Below, in pieces: positions 19,555-29,516 of a stretch of 64,000 nt of DNA. Source of the DNA: Polyangiales bacterium (GTDB taxonomy: Bacteria; Myxococcota_A; Polyangia; Polyangiales; JADJQN01); NCBI GenBank assembly GCA_964202905.1, contig CAXNJO010000004.1, positions 512,001 through 576,000 of the forward strand, in the 5' to 3' direction. The notes beneath the pieces are model-generated. The model worked only from the letters and a program-made list of their open reading frames with translations, was not told where the DNA came from and did no database searches. The position numbers and the translations under genes are program-made. Every line of letters begins with the position of its first letter. The first letter of the stretch is position 1.

Positions 19555-21594
19555 TCAGGGTCCGGCGTCGGGGGCTCCGGCGTCGATGTCGGCAACCGCA
19601 GCGTCCGCCGCGCCGGCGTCGCGGCGCCCCGCGTCGCCCGCACCCGCGTCGCGCACGACGAGCGGCTCGTCGACGCACTCGAGCGCGGCCGCGGGACGAG
19701 GCCCGAAGGGGAGCACCTCGGCGAAGGAGACGGCCCGCACGCGGCGCGCGTCCATCGCGTCATCGAAGCGCTCGAAGCCACCCGTCACGAGCAGGCGCTC
19801 GCCCGGCAGCAGCGTCGCGGCGTGCCCCCAGCGCCCCGTCGCCAGGCTCGGCAGCGCGTTGAACGTGTAGACGCCGCCCGCGTCGCGCGCGACGACACCT
19901 GCCTGCCGCAACCCCTCGAGGCGCTTGCCCGCCACGACGCCGGCCCCGCCCACGAGCACGACGCCGCGCGCGGTCGCGGTCGCGCTGTGGAAGATGGACG
20001 CCTGGTAGCCCGCGGGCAGCGGGACGCCGGTCGCCGTCGGTGCTCCCGAATCGGAGAACACCACGACCGAGAGCGGGCGTGCCGTCGGATAGAGCGTGGT
20101 GATGCCGCGACCGACGCAGTCCTCGCCGTTCACGAGGAGCCCGCCCGCGATCAACACCGCCCGCGGCGCGATCGGGGTCGCCGTGTGGAACGCCGTCGGC
20201 TCCGGCAGCGCGTCGCCCACCGGGTCGGGCAGCGTCACCGGACAGTCGAGGTCGGTGCCGCCGCCGATCACGCGCGTCGGCGAACCGGCGGCGATGAGCT
20301 CGCCGGCGAGCGCACGGGCCTGCCGGTCGTCCATCTCCGCCACCGAGCCGCCCCAGACGAACACGTTCGCATCGCCGAGCGCGGTCGCCGTCGCGCCGAG
20401 CCGCGCGGTCGCGAGCGTGCTCGCGCCGAGGCTCGTCGGGACGGCGCCCGTCGGCCCCACCCAGAATGCGCGCGGGGGCGCCGCGAACGCAGGCGTGCGC
20501 GCGCCCCCCGTGAAGGCGCCCGCGCCGAGCACGAGCAGTGCTGGCCCACCAGGTTCGAGGTCCCCGCTGACGGCGACGAAGCCCGTGCCGACGGCATCCG
20601 GATTCCCCAATGAAAGCGGGGAGATCGACACGGATCGCGCCCTCGGATCGTACGTGAGCCGGAGGGCCGGACCGGGCGCGGCGTCCTCGGCCGGCACGAG
20701 CGGCGAGCCGACCGCGTTCTCGCTCTGCGCCTCGTCGAGGAAGAGCACCGCGCGGCCGCTCGCCTCGTAGCCCCCGTAGAGCGCGATCGTGTACGGACCC
20801 GCGGCGGGACCGGGCAACAGCCGTGACGCGAAGAGCACGCGACCGCGCCACTCGTAGGCGCCGCCGACGCGGATCGGCACCAGCCGCTGCCCGACCGCGT
20901 CGTACGCCTCGATGCCGGGCTGGAGCGTCGCGCCCTTGGTGCCGCTCGGCGAGATGGTCGGGTCGATGTCGCTGCCGAAGACGCCCCCATAAAGGAGCAC
21001 CTCGCCGTTCGGCAGCAGGGTGGCCGCGTGCAGCGCGCGGGGCAGCGCCGCGCCCGAGGCCGAGCCGGGCGCGCAGCTCCACGCCGGGTCGACGCCACGC
21101 CGCTCGAGGCGCACGCGCACGGGCGCCCCCACCTGGAAGCCGCGCGCGGTCGCGCTGGCGAACACGTCGCCGTCGGCGTCGTAGCCCGTCACCGTCAACT
21201 CGAAGGCCCCCCCGCTCGCCTCGGTGTCGAACGACACGACGGCCGAGCGCGGGAAGCGCAGCACGCGGGCCCCGGCCGCGTCGTGGTCCCCCCCCGTCCG
21301 CACGAGCCCGACGGGCTCGCAGCCCTCATCCGTGCGGCGGCAGAGCTCGAACGCGAGGCAGACGACCTCGCTCGGAAGCGCCTCCTCGCGCTCTGCGGCG
21401 CAGGAGTTCTCCCCCGTGTCGGTCGCCACAGACGACAACGCGGCGAGTTCGACGGTGAGCGTCGCGAATTCCGAGTCGTCCCCGCAACCCGCGACGGCCA
21501 ACAGGCCGACCGCCAACCCGACGAGAACGACCCGGCCGGGGGCGTGTGCGCGCCGGGCAGCCGGCGCCTGAGATGAAAGAAAACGAGCGCTCAC
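19555..21594 (-). CDS. Kelch-repeat lipoprotein
   Basis: GTG overlapping meaB stop; lipobox VAGC; repeats RALHAATLLPNGEVLLYGG, RLGATATAL..VFVWGG, FHTAT..VLIAGG, RWGHAATLLPGERLLVTGG. Confidence 0.8.
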   Translation of the reverse strand: MSARFLSSQAPAARRAHAPGRVVLVGLAVGLLAVAGCGDDSEFATLTVELAALSSVATDTGENSCAAEREEALPSEVVCLAFELCRRTDEGCEPVGLVRTGGDHDAAGARVLRFPRSAVVSFDTEASGGAFELTVTGYDADGDVFASATARGFQVGAPVRVRLERRGVDPAWSCAPGSASGAALPRALHAATLLPNGEVLLYGGVFGSDIDPTISPSGTKGATLQPGIEAYDAVGQRLVPIRVGGAYEWRGRVLFASRLLPGPAAGPYTIALYGGYEASGRAVLFLDEAQSENAVGSPLVPAEDAAPGPALRLTYDPRARSVSISPLSLGNPDAVGTGFVAVSGDLEPGGPALLVLGAGAFTGGARTPAFAAPPRAFWVGPTGAVPTSLGASTLATARLGATATALGDANVFVWGGSVAEMDDRQARALAGELIAAGSPTRVIGGGTDLDCPVTLPDPVGDALPEPTAFHTATPIAPRAVLIAGGLLVNGEDCVGRGITTLYPTARPLSVVVFSDSGAPTATGVPLPAGYQASIFHSATATARGVVLVGGAGVVAGKRLEGLRQAGVVARDAGGVYTFNALPSLATGRWGHAATLLPGERLLVTGGFERFDDAMDARRVRAVSFAEVLPFGPRPAAALECVDEPLVVRDAGAGDAGRRDAGAADAAVADIDAGAPDAGP

Positions 21595-22652
21595 GAGGGG
21601 CCTCCAGCGAGCAGCACGTGCACGAGCTGCTCGGACACGGTGTACGGGTCGTCCTCGCGCGCGAGGAGACGCGCGAGCGCAGCCTCCTGCGCTGCGCCGA
21701 CCCGCTGCGCGGCCACGACAAGGAGCGTGTCGCGGAAGATCATGGCCAGCTCCTCCCGCACGCGCTCGACGTGTTTGCGCGCGCCGTCCTCGGTCGTGTC
21801 GAGGTGGGCGCGGTGCGCGTCGCACGCGGCGACGAGCGCGGAGACGTTGTCGTTGCGCGATGCGATCGTCTTCACGACCGGCGGCTCCCAAGGGCCGCCG
21901 GTCGTGCGCTGCTCGCGCGCGACGCGGTGCACGTGGGCGGCCGAGTGGCTCGAGGCGCTCGCCGCCGCGACGGCCGTCTCGCGGGTCAGCGCGATCATCT
22001 GCTCGAGGTCGCGCACGGTCGCGTCGGCGCCCTCCCTGTCGGCCTTGTTCACGGCGAACACGTCCGCGATCTCGAGGATGCCCGCCTTGATCGCCTGGAT
22101 GTCGTCGCCCATCCCGGGCGCCATCACGACGACGGTCGTGTGCGCGAGGCGCGTCACCTCGAGTTCGTCCTGACCGACGCCGACGGTCTCCACGAAGATG
22201 GTGTCGCAGCCGTACGCGTCGAGGACGCGAATGACATCGCCCGCCGAGCGGGAGAGCCCGCCGAGGTGCCCACGCGTCGCGAGTGAGCGGATGAAGACAT
22301 CGGGGTCGAGGAAGTGCCGCTGCATGCGGATCCGATCGCCGAGGATCGCGCCGCCCGTGTACGGGCTGGTAGGGTCGACCGCGACGACGCCGACCTTTCG
22401 CCCGCGCTTGCGCTCGTGCTCGATGAGGCGATCCGTGAGCGTGCTCTTGCCAGCGCCCGGCGTCCCGGTGATCCCGACGATCCACGCGCGACCGGTGCGC
22501 GGATAGAGTTCCTTCAGCAGGTCGAGGTAGCCGCTGTTGCGGTCGTCGACGAGACGCATCGCGCGGGCGGCGGCGCGCATCTCGCCCGCAAGCACGCGGG
22601 CAGCGAGGTCGCTCCGGCTCCCGCCGGCGGGCGCTGGGTCAGCGTGGGTCAC
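21591..22652 (-). CDS. meaB: Methylmalonyl-CoA mutase-associated GTPase
   Basis: GITGTPGAGKST, VDPTSPYTGGAILGDRIRM, RGHLGGLS, ETVGVGQ, KAGILEIAD, NKAD. Confidence 0.95.
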   Translation of the reverse strand: MTHADPAPAGGSRSDLAARVLAGEMRAAARAMRLVDDRNSGYLDLLKELYPRTGRAWIVGITGTPGAGKSTLTDRLIEHERKRGRKVGVVAVDPTSPYTGGAILGDRIRMQRHFLDPDVFIRSLATRGHLGGLSRSAGDVIRVLDAYGCDTIFVETVGVGQDELEVTRLAHTTVVVMAPGMGDDIQAIKAGILEIADVFAVNKADREGADATVRDLEQMIALTRETAVAAASASSHSAAHVHRVAREQRTTGGPWEPPVVKTIASRNDNVSALVAACDAHRAHLDTTEDGARKHVERVREELAMIFRDTLLVVAAQRVGAAQEAALARLLAREDDPYTVSEQLVHVLLAGGPS

Positions 22653-22916
22653 GGCGCGACGCTAGCACGCCGACGCTCACGGATGACCGGTCACGCACGC
22701 GTCGGCGCGCACGCGGACGACGAGAGGCCACGCGCCGCGGGCGCAGGCGGGCGCAACGCGGCGCGCGCGACGAGCACTCGGCCAGGCGCATCGCAGCGAC
22801 GGCATCGAGGCCCCGGCTGAGTGTCTCGCCGTGACGGCCACGGGGCGGCCGAGACGCGCATCGCATCGCCACCGACGAACGCCACGACGCTGGACCACGA
22901 AGCACGACCGCGGGGT

Positions 22917-22952
22917 GCGAACGCGACGGCATCGGCGAACGCGACGGCGTCC
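22917..22952. repeat. 18-bp imperfect tandem duplication
   Basis: GCGAACGCGACGGCATCG / GCGAACGCGACGGCGTCC. Confidence 0.8.
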
Positions 22953-22965
22953 ACGGATCGGTACC

Positions 22966-22999
22966 AACGAAAACGCCGCCGAGCGGGGGCTCGACGGCG
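22966..22999 (-). terminator. Intrinsic terminator of the tRNA-Val transcript
   Basis: Minus strand CGCCGUCGAGC-CCCC-GCUCGGCGGCG (11 bp including one G-U) then UUUUCGUU. Confidence 0.75.
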
Positions 23000-23034
23000 G
23001 CTTCGTGGGGCGCGGTGGGGGTCACCGGCGCCGG

Positions 23035-23106
23035 TGGGCAATGCTGGATTTGAACCAGCGACTTCCTCCGTGTGAAGAAGGCACTCTACCCCTGAGTTAA
23101 TCGCCC
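23035..23106 (-). tRNA. tRNA-Val(CAC); CCA not fully encoded
   Basis: GGGCGATTAACTCAGGGGTAGAGTGCCTTCTT-CAC-ACGGAGGAAGTCGCTGGTTCAAATCCAGCATTGCCCA folds as a cloverleaf; followed by CCG. Confidence 0.95.
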
Positions 23107-23184
23107 TGGCTGCGGGAGGCGGTTCTTAGCAAGGCCCTCCTCGGGGCGCAAGCTCCGACCCGCACCCGCCTACGCGACGACGCG

Positions 23185-25374
23185 TCAGCCCTTCTCGCCG
23201 AGCCGCGCGCGCAGCAGGTCACCGAACGTGCCGAGCCCCTGCTTGCTCGCCTCGCGACGGTAGTCCTGCACGGCGCGCTTCTCCTCGTCGTGGAGCAGCG
23301 CCTTGCGGGAGAGCTTGAGGCCGCCTTCCCGGTCCGTCCCGATGATCTTGGCGTCGAGCTTCGTGCCGACCGGGAACTTGCGACGGTGATCCGTCCCGCG
23401 CTCGGTCGCCATCTCGGCGTTCGGGATGTAACCGCGGCCCTTGCGACCGAGGACGCCCTCGAGCTGCACGAACACCCCGTGCTGCTCGACGCGATCGACG
23501 ATGACCTTGAGCGACGCGCCCGCCTTCGGTGCACGCGCCTTGAAGGCGTCAGCCGTGAGCTCGCCCGACTCCATCGCCGCGGCGTTCGCTGCCGAGAGCT
23601 TGGAGAGCGAGAGACGGCGCGCCTTCTTGTCCGCGCGCTCGATGAGCACCCAGACCTCCTCGCCCTCCTTCGCCGCGTCGCGCGCGTGTTGAAGGTTCGT
23701 CCCGAGCTCGCTGACGTGGAGGAGCCCCTCGACGCCCGGCGCGACCTCGACGAACGCTCCGAACTCCGCGACGCGCGTGATGCGCCCCTTGAAGACGCGG
23801 CCCTCTGCGACCGCGTCGCCGTGCGCATCCCACGGATCGGCCGCAACGGACTTCAGCGAGAGGCCGATTCGCTCGTGCCGCTCCTTCTTATCCTTGCGGT
23901 CCGGCAGACGGATGATCTGTGCCTCGAGCACGTCGCCGACCCGCGCGACGTCCGCCGGCGCGAGGCTGCGGTCCCACGACATCTCGCTGACGTGGACCAT
24001 TCCCTCGAGGCCGCCACCGATGTCGATGAACAGCCCGAAGTCGCGAACCTGCGTGACGACGCCACGCACGCGCTCGCCGACCTGCAGCGTCTTGACGCGC
24101 TCGCGCGCCTGCTTGCGGGACTCACGCTCGAGGATCGCCCGGCGCGAGACCACGAGCCCGTGCGTGCCTGCCTTGGCGGGGGGCACGGAGAACTCGAGTT
24201 TGCGCCCAACGAACTCGGCGGGGTCGTCCACCGGCGCGAGCGACATGCCGCTCGCCGGACAGAACGCGCGGAGGCCGTCGACGAGCACGTCGAAACCGCC
24301 ACGGTTGAAACCGTAGACGAGGCCGACCACGCGCGTGCGATCCTCGCGCGCCTGATCGACGCGCTTGCGGGCCGCCTTGAGGTCGCGGAGGCGGTTGACG
24401 ATCGCGAGGTGGCCGCTCTCGGCGACCGCGCCGACGCGACCGCGGAAGATCTCGCCGATGGCAGGGAGCGGCGGGGGCGGCTCTTCCGGCGTGATGGGGG
24501 CCGCGAGCGTTCCCGCGTCTTCGTGATCGCCGCCGCCGTCCTCGTGGTCGACCTCGGCGGCTGCCTCCGCGGCCGCGGCCTCGGGAGCCGCGGGGGCTTC
24601 CGTGCCCGGGGCGGCGCTCACCTCGGCGACCGGGGCAGCGGCCTCGAGCTCGGTGGCGTCGGTCGCAGCGGCGCTCTCGCCCGCTTCCCCGGCGCCAGCC
24701 TCGGCTGCGCCCGCATCCGCCGCGCCAGCCTCGGCAGCACCAACACCGGCCACGCCCGCTTCGCCGGCGGGCTTCTCGGCGGCCGGGGGCGGGAGCTGCA
24801 CCTCGCGCGGCTCGAGTTCGTCGACGACGGCGATCGCCTTGCCGAACAGGTCGACGAGGATCGTGCCGTGCTCGGTCCGCGTGACGCGACCCGCGACGAC
24901 TTCACCGATCGAGAACGCGTTGCGACGGGTGCCGGGCGCGCCCTCGAAGAAGCGACCAAACGGCACCTGCGACGGATCCTTGCGCGGCGCCTGCGGCTTG
25001 CGCGGCTGCTGGGCGCGCGCTGCGGCGGCGGCCTCGTCCCCGGCCTCGCCCGGTGCCCCCTCGGTCCCCGCGGACGTCCCGCCCGCACCCTTCTTCTTGC
25101 GGCGGCGACGCTTGCGCTTCTTCGGGCCGCCCTCGCCGCCCGATGCATCGGTTCCCGACGCTTCCGCGCCGCCGTCCTCGTCTCCGTCGTCCCCGTCCTC
25201 GCTCTCGGCCCCGGGCGCATCGCCCGCCGGGGCGGCGTGCGCCGGCGACGCGGCCCCTCCGCCGGACGCGGGGGTCGAGGATTCGGAGACTGCGGGAGGA
25301 GCGCCGGAATCGCCGGCGGGCTCGTGCGGCGTCGCCTCGGACGGGGACGCTGCGAGCGTGTCGTTGTCAGCCAT
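23185..25374 (-). CDS. Multi-S1-domain RNA-binding protein (RpsA-like paralog)
   Basis: NRGGF.V..DGLRAFCP.S, FGLFIDIGGGLEGMVHVSEMSW, FGAFVEVAPGVEGLLHVSEL, C-terminal GLGTFGDLL; long disordered N-terminus. Confidence 0.88.
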   Translation of the reverse strand: MADNDTLAASPSEATPHEPAGDSGAPPAVSESSTPASGGGAASPAHAAPAGDAPGAESEDGDDGDEDGGAEASGTDASGGEGGPKKRKRRRRKKKGAGGTSAGTEGAPGEAGDEAAAAARAQQPRKPQAPRKDPSQVPFGRFFEGAPGTRRNAFSIGEVVAGRVTRTEHGTILVDLFGKAIAVVDELEPREVQLPPPAAEKPAGEAGVAGVGAAEAGAADAGAAEAGAGEAGESAAATDATELEAAAPVAEVSAAPGTEAPAAPEAAAAEAAAEVDHEDGGGDHEDAGTLAAPITPEEPPPPLPAIGEIFRGRVGAVAESGHLAIVNRLRDLKAARKRVDQAREDRTRVVGLVYGFNRGGFDVLVDGLRAFCPASGMSLAPVDDPAEFVGRKLEFSVPPAKAGTHGLVVSRRAILERESRKQARERVKTLQVGERVRGVVTQVRDFGLFIDIGGGLEGMVHVSEMSWDRSLAPADVARVGDVLEAQIIRLPDRKDKKERHERIGLSLKSVAADPWDAHGDAVAEGRVFKGRITRVAEFGAFVEVAPGVEGLLHVSELGTNLQHARDAAKEGEEVWVLIERADKKARRLSLSKLSAANAAAMESGELTADAFKARAPKAGASLKVIVDRVEQHGVFVQLEGVLGRKGRGYIPNAEMATERGTDHRRKFPVGTKLDAKIIGTDREGGLKLSRKALLHDEEKRAVQDYRREASKQGLGTFGDLLRARLGEKG

Positions 25375-25485
25375 GGGGAGGGCGCCTCGGATCGATGGTC
25401 GATCGTGTGGGCCCGAACCGCCTCCGCAGTCGCACTGCGCGGCGCGTTTCGGGCGCGAAAACCCCGCGCGAGCGGGGCCGCCAGA

Positions 25486-28400
25486 CTAGGTCGCAGGTCT
25501 GTGCGAGTCAAGCGACTCCTCGGCGCGCAGCTGTGCTGCGAGCGCGGCGAGGCCTCCGCGCTGCGCATGCTGCTGCGCCCGCGCTGCGCTGCGGCGCGCG
25601 GCCTCGTCGCGCCCGACCGCGCGCTCGCCGAGGGCGCGCAGCCGGAGCGCGGAGGCCGCCTCGAAATCGCTCCCGGATGCGACGACGACATCCACGTGCG
25701 CCGCGAGCTCATCACAGGCCATGGGGTCGGGTTCACGGAGGATGCCCGTGGCGAGCGAGACGACCACGCCGAGGCGCGCCAGCGATTCCCGCTTCGTCTT
25801 GTGCGCGAGCGCCGACGCGGCCGAGGCATCACGCGCGGCCGCCTCGAGGTCGCGGCTCGCGAGCGCCGCGAGGGCCGCGCGGACCATCATGCGCGCTTCT
25901 TCCGCGCCGAGGCCCTGCGCCGCCGCGACCTCGGCGGCATCGCGGAAACGCGTCGCCGCCGAAAGGATCTCGCCCTGCGCCTCCGCCACCTCGGCCATCG
26001 CCGCGAGCGAGCCGAACCGCAGCGCACCGTCCCCGAGCCGCGCGGCCACCGTGAGCGCTCGGGCGACGGCGTGCTGCGCCTCGTCGACGAGCGCCGCGCG
26101 CGCGAGCGCCTCCGCGAGGACGCAGAGCGCGCGCCCGTGCAACGCCGCGGCGTTGGCCGAAAGCGCGAGCGTGTCGACCGCAGCGCGCAGCCGGACGAGC
26201 GACTCGCGTGCGCGCCCTTCCCCGGCCAGCCCCTCGGCGAGCTCGAGTTCGGCGGCGCCGCGCAAGGCGAGATCGTGCACGTCAGCGAGCTCGCGGGCGA
26301 CGGCGTCGAGGGCCGCGACCCGCCGCGCCGAGTCGCCACGCGCGGCCGCGCTCTGGGCGCGCAGCAGCGCGACGCGCACGCGATGCGTCGGGCAGTCGAG
26401 GCCGTGCAACGGCGCTTCGAGCAGCGAGAGCGCCTCGTCGACGAGCGCGACGGCCCCGGTGTCCGCGGCGAGTTCCGCGCCCCGGAAGGCGAGGTCCACC
26501 GCGCGTTCCGCGGACTCGATCGGATCATCCTCGCGAAGCAGACGCGCGGCCTCGATGTAGCGCGCCGCAGCGAGCGGAACCGCGCGTCGCTCGAGCGCGG
26601 CGTGACCCGCCTCGACGAGGTAGTCGGGCGCGCGGCGACGGTCGGCCGCCCGCGCCGCGTGGTGCGCGAGATCCTCGACGCAGGCGTCGCGACCGAGCCG
26701 CTCGAGCGCGGCGAGCGCGCGCGCATGGAACTGCGCCCGATCCTTCCGCGGCATCGCCTCGAGCAGCGCGCGGCGCAGGAGCCCGCAAGCCACGCGCAGA
26801 CGCGGCGGCAGCGGCGGCGCGTCCGTCCCACCGCCCCACAGCGGGCGGGCGGCGCGCTGCATGACGGTGCCGGTCTCGGGCACGAGCAGGCGGCGTGTGA
26901 GCAACCGGCGCAGGGCCATCTCGGCGCCGGCGAGCGGGACGCCGTGCACCGCGCACAGCGCGGCGACGTCGAGCGCCCCCTCGAAAGTCGCCGCGATCCG
27001 CAGCAGATCGAGCTCGGCCGCCCGCAACGCCGCGAGGCCCGCCGAGACAATCGTGCGCACGTGCTCGGGCACGCCAAGCCGCGCGGGGTCCGCGAGGCGC
27101 GCCTCACCCTCGAGCACGCGCAGGCCTTCCGACTCGCGGAGCGCGACCGCGAGTTCCTCGACCCACGCAGGGTTGCCCGCCGTCTCGTCGAGGATGCGCC
27201 GCGCAAACCCGCCCTCCACGGTGCGGGCGCCCGCGACCGACGCGAACAACCGTAGCGCCGAGGCGTCGTCGAGCGGCTGCAACTCGAGGACGCGGGGCTC
27301 GCCGTCGAGCTGCGGGATGGCCGTTCCCGGCCGCGCCGTGACGACCGCGAGCACACGCGCGCGCACCAACTCGCGGAGCAGCAGCGGCAAGATTTGACGC
27401 GTTGCGTCATCAAACCAATGCACGTCCTCGACCGACAGGACCACGACCCGCTCCCGGGCGAGCGCCACGAGCGCCTTGCGCGCCGCGAGGGCCAACGCCA
27501 TGCCGCGCGGCCGACCGACGCGCTCCTGGCGCGCGACGGGGTACGCGAGTCCGAGCAGCTCGCCGACGAGCCGCACTTCGCGGGGCGCGAGGCCAAGCAC
27601 GCGCAGTCGCTCGACGCGGCCGAAGCGCTCGGCGGGCGTGTCCTCCTCCTCGACGCCGCACAGGTCCTTGAAGAGATCCGCGAGGGCACCGAAGCTGCGT
27701 TCGCGCTCGCCCTCCTGCCCGCGCGCGCCTGCGAACACGACCCCCTGCGCGGTCGTCGCGGCGCGAAGCTCCGCGATCAGGCGCGACTTGCCGGCACCAG
27801 GCTCGCCGAGCAGCAGCACCGCCTCGCCACGACCGCTCTCGGCGACGAACAGGAGCGCCTCCGTCAGCGCGCGGGCCTCGCGCTGCCGCCCGACGAGCGG
27901 CGCGCGCCGCCGCATCCGCAGCGCGTCGCGCTCGCGCCGGGCCCTGTATCCCTCGAGCGTGGGCAGCGCGGTGTCCGGCGCACGCCCGACAGCGGAAGGT
28001 GCGCGCGAGTTCGTCGGAGAGCGCGGGGTCGATGACGACCTCGCCCGCCGCGGCGCGGAGAACGAGGTCGCGGGCCCGCGCCGCGAGCGGGTCGTCGGGC
28101 ACCGCGCTCGCGCCGTCGAAGACCCGCGCATCGCCGAGCGCGACCGCGAGCGGCGGCACCGGATCGGCCCGCAGCGGACCTTCGATCGCGGCACGGCGCC
28201 GCAACTCGAGCGCGGCTCGCCCCGCATGCTCGGCCGCGCGCTCGCCTCCCCCGGCGCCGAAGACCGCGACGCACTCGTCGGGTGCGCCAGGCAGGACCTG
28301 CCCGCCATACGCCTCGACGGCGCGGGCGAACGAGGCCCGGTCGTCTTCGTCGCGGGCGCGCGCCGCGAGCAGCGCCACGCGCCGCACCTGCACCGACACG

Positions 28401-29500
28401 CGGCGTGAGACCGGGAGCGCGGGCGCCGTGTGCTCACGGACCTCCGGGGCCGCCGTGTCCGGCACGTCGACGGCCCCCGTCCCCGACATCCCGGTGGCGT
28501 CCTGCTGGGCGCGCAGGAGCAGATCGACCCGCAGCTTGTTCGGGGCGTGCGTGTCCATGCGCGGGAACATCCGCGCGAGCGCGGCGGCGAGTTCCGTCGC
28601 GCCCACGTTCTCCCCGAGCCGAAACAGGATCTGCGAGAGGTCCTGGTACATCTCGCCCGCCGAGGCGTAACGGCCGTCCAAGTCCGGGCAGAGCGCCCGG
28701 GCGAGCACGCCGCGGAGTTCCGCGGGCCAGCCGCGCTCCTCGAAGGGGAAGTCGGGCACCGCGGCCCGGCGCACGAGTTCGAGCGTGTTCTGGGGGCTCG
28801 TGCCCTTGAAGAGCCGCCGGTGCGTGGCCAGCTCCCACAGCACGACGCCGAGCGCGAAGAGGTCACTCCGGCGGTCGAGCGGCTCCCCGCGCGCCTGCTC
28901 TGGCGACATGTACGCGAACTTGCCGCGCAGCATCTTCGGGTCTTCGCCGCGCCCGAGGTCCTGCTGATCGGCGCGCGCGATGCCGAAATCCGCGACCTTC
29001 ACCTCGCCCTCGTAGCCGACGAGGATGTTCTGCGGGCTCACGTCGCGGTGCACGATCGACAGGGCGCGCCCGTCGTCGCCGCGCCGCCGGTGCGCGTAGT
29101 CGAGGGCCTTCGCCGTCTCGGCGATGATCCAGAGCTTCAGCGGCGCGCTGAGCCCCGTGCGCCCCGGGGACGCCGCGGCGCGGGCCTCCCAGGCCATGAC
29201 CGCCCCGAGATCCTTGCCGTCGACGTACTCCATCGCGATGAAGTAGGCGCCGGCCTCCTCGCCGAGATCGAAGATCTGCACGATGTTCGCGTGCGAGAGG
29301 CGCGACGCGATCTTCGCCTCCCGCACGAGCAGGTCGGCGAACCCCGGGTTCGCCATCAGCGCGGGCAGCACGCGCTTGATGACGACCGTCTTCTCGAAGC
29401 CCGCCGCCCCGCGGGAGCGGGCCCGCCAGACCTCCGCCATGCCACCTTCCGCGATGCGGTCGAGCAGCTCGTAATTCTGGAAGAGGACGGCGTCCTTCAC
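25486..29500 (-). pseudogene. Ser/Thr kinase - degenerate cyclase - STAND ATPase - TPR protein, split by one frameshift near 27991
   Basis: Kinase motifs GGMAEV, VIKR, HRDVSPQN, DFG, YMSPE in ORF 27410..29500; LVGR, GEPGAGKS, EDVHWFD, GNP and helical repeats in ORF 25486..28866. Real lesion or sequencing error cannot be told apart. Confidence 0.8.
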
Positions 29501-29516
29501 GGCGTGCGTGAGGGTA

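Noticed and set aside
22653..23034. Integrated element at the tRNA-Val 3' end
   Set aside because: No integrase, no duplicated tRNA 3' end seen, no composition shift; only a terminator and an 18-bp duplication
23290..27255. Very long ORFs such as 23290..27255 (+), 35499..39116 (-), 17279..19870 (+), 2388..4850 (-)
   Set aside because: Shadow frames of real genes in high-GC DNA; Arg/Ala-rich with no motifs
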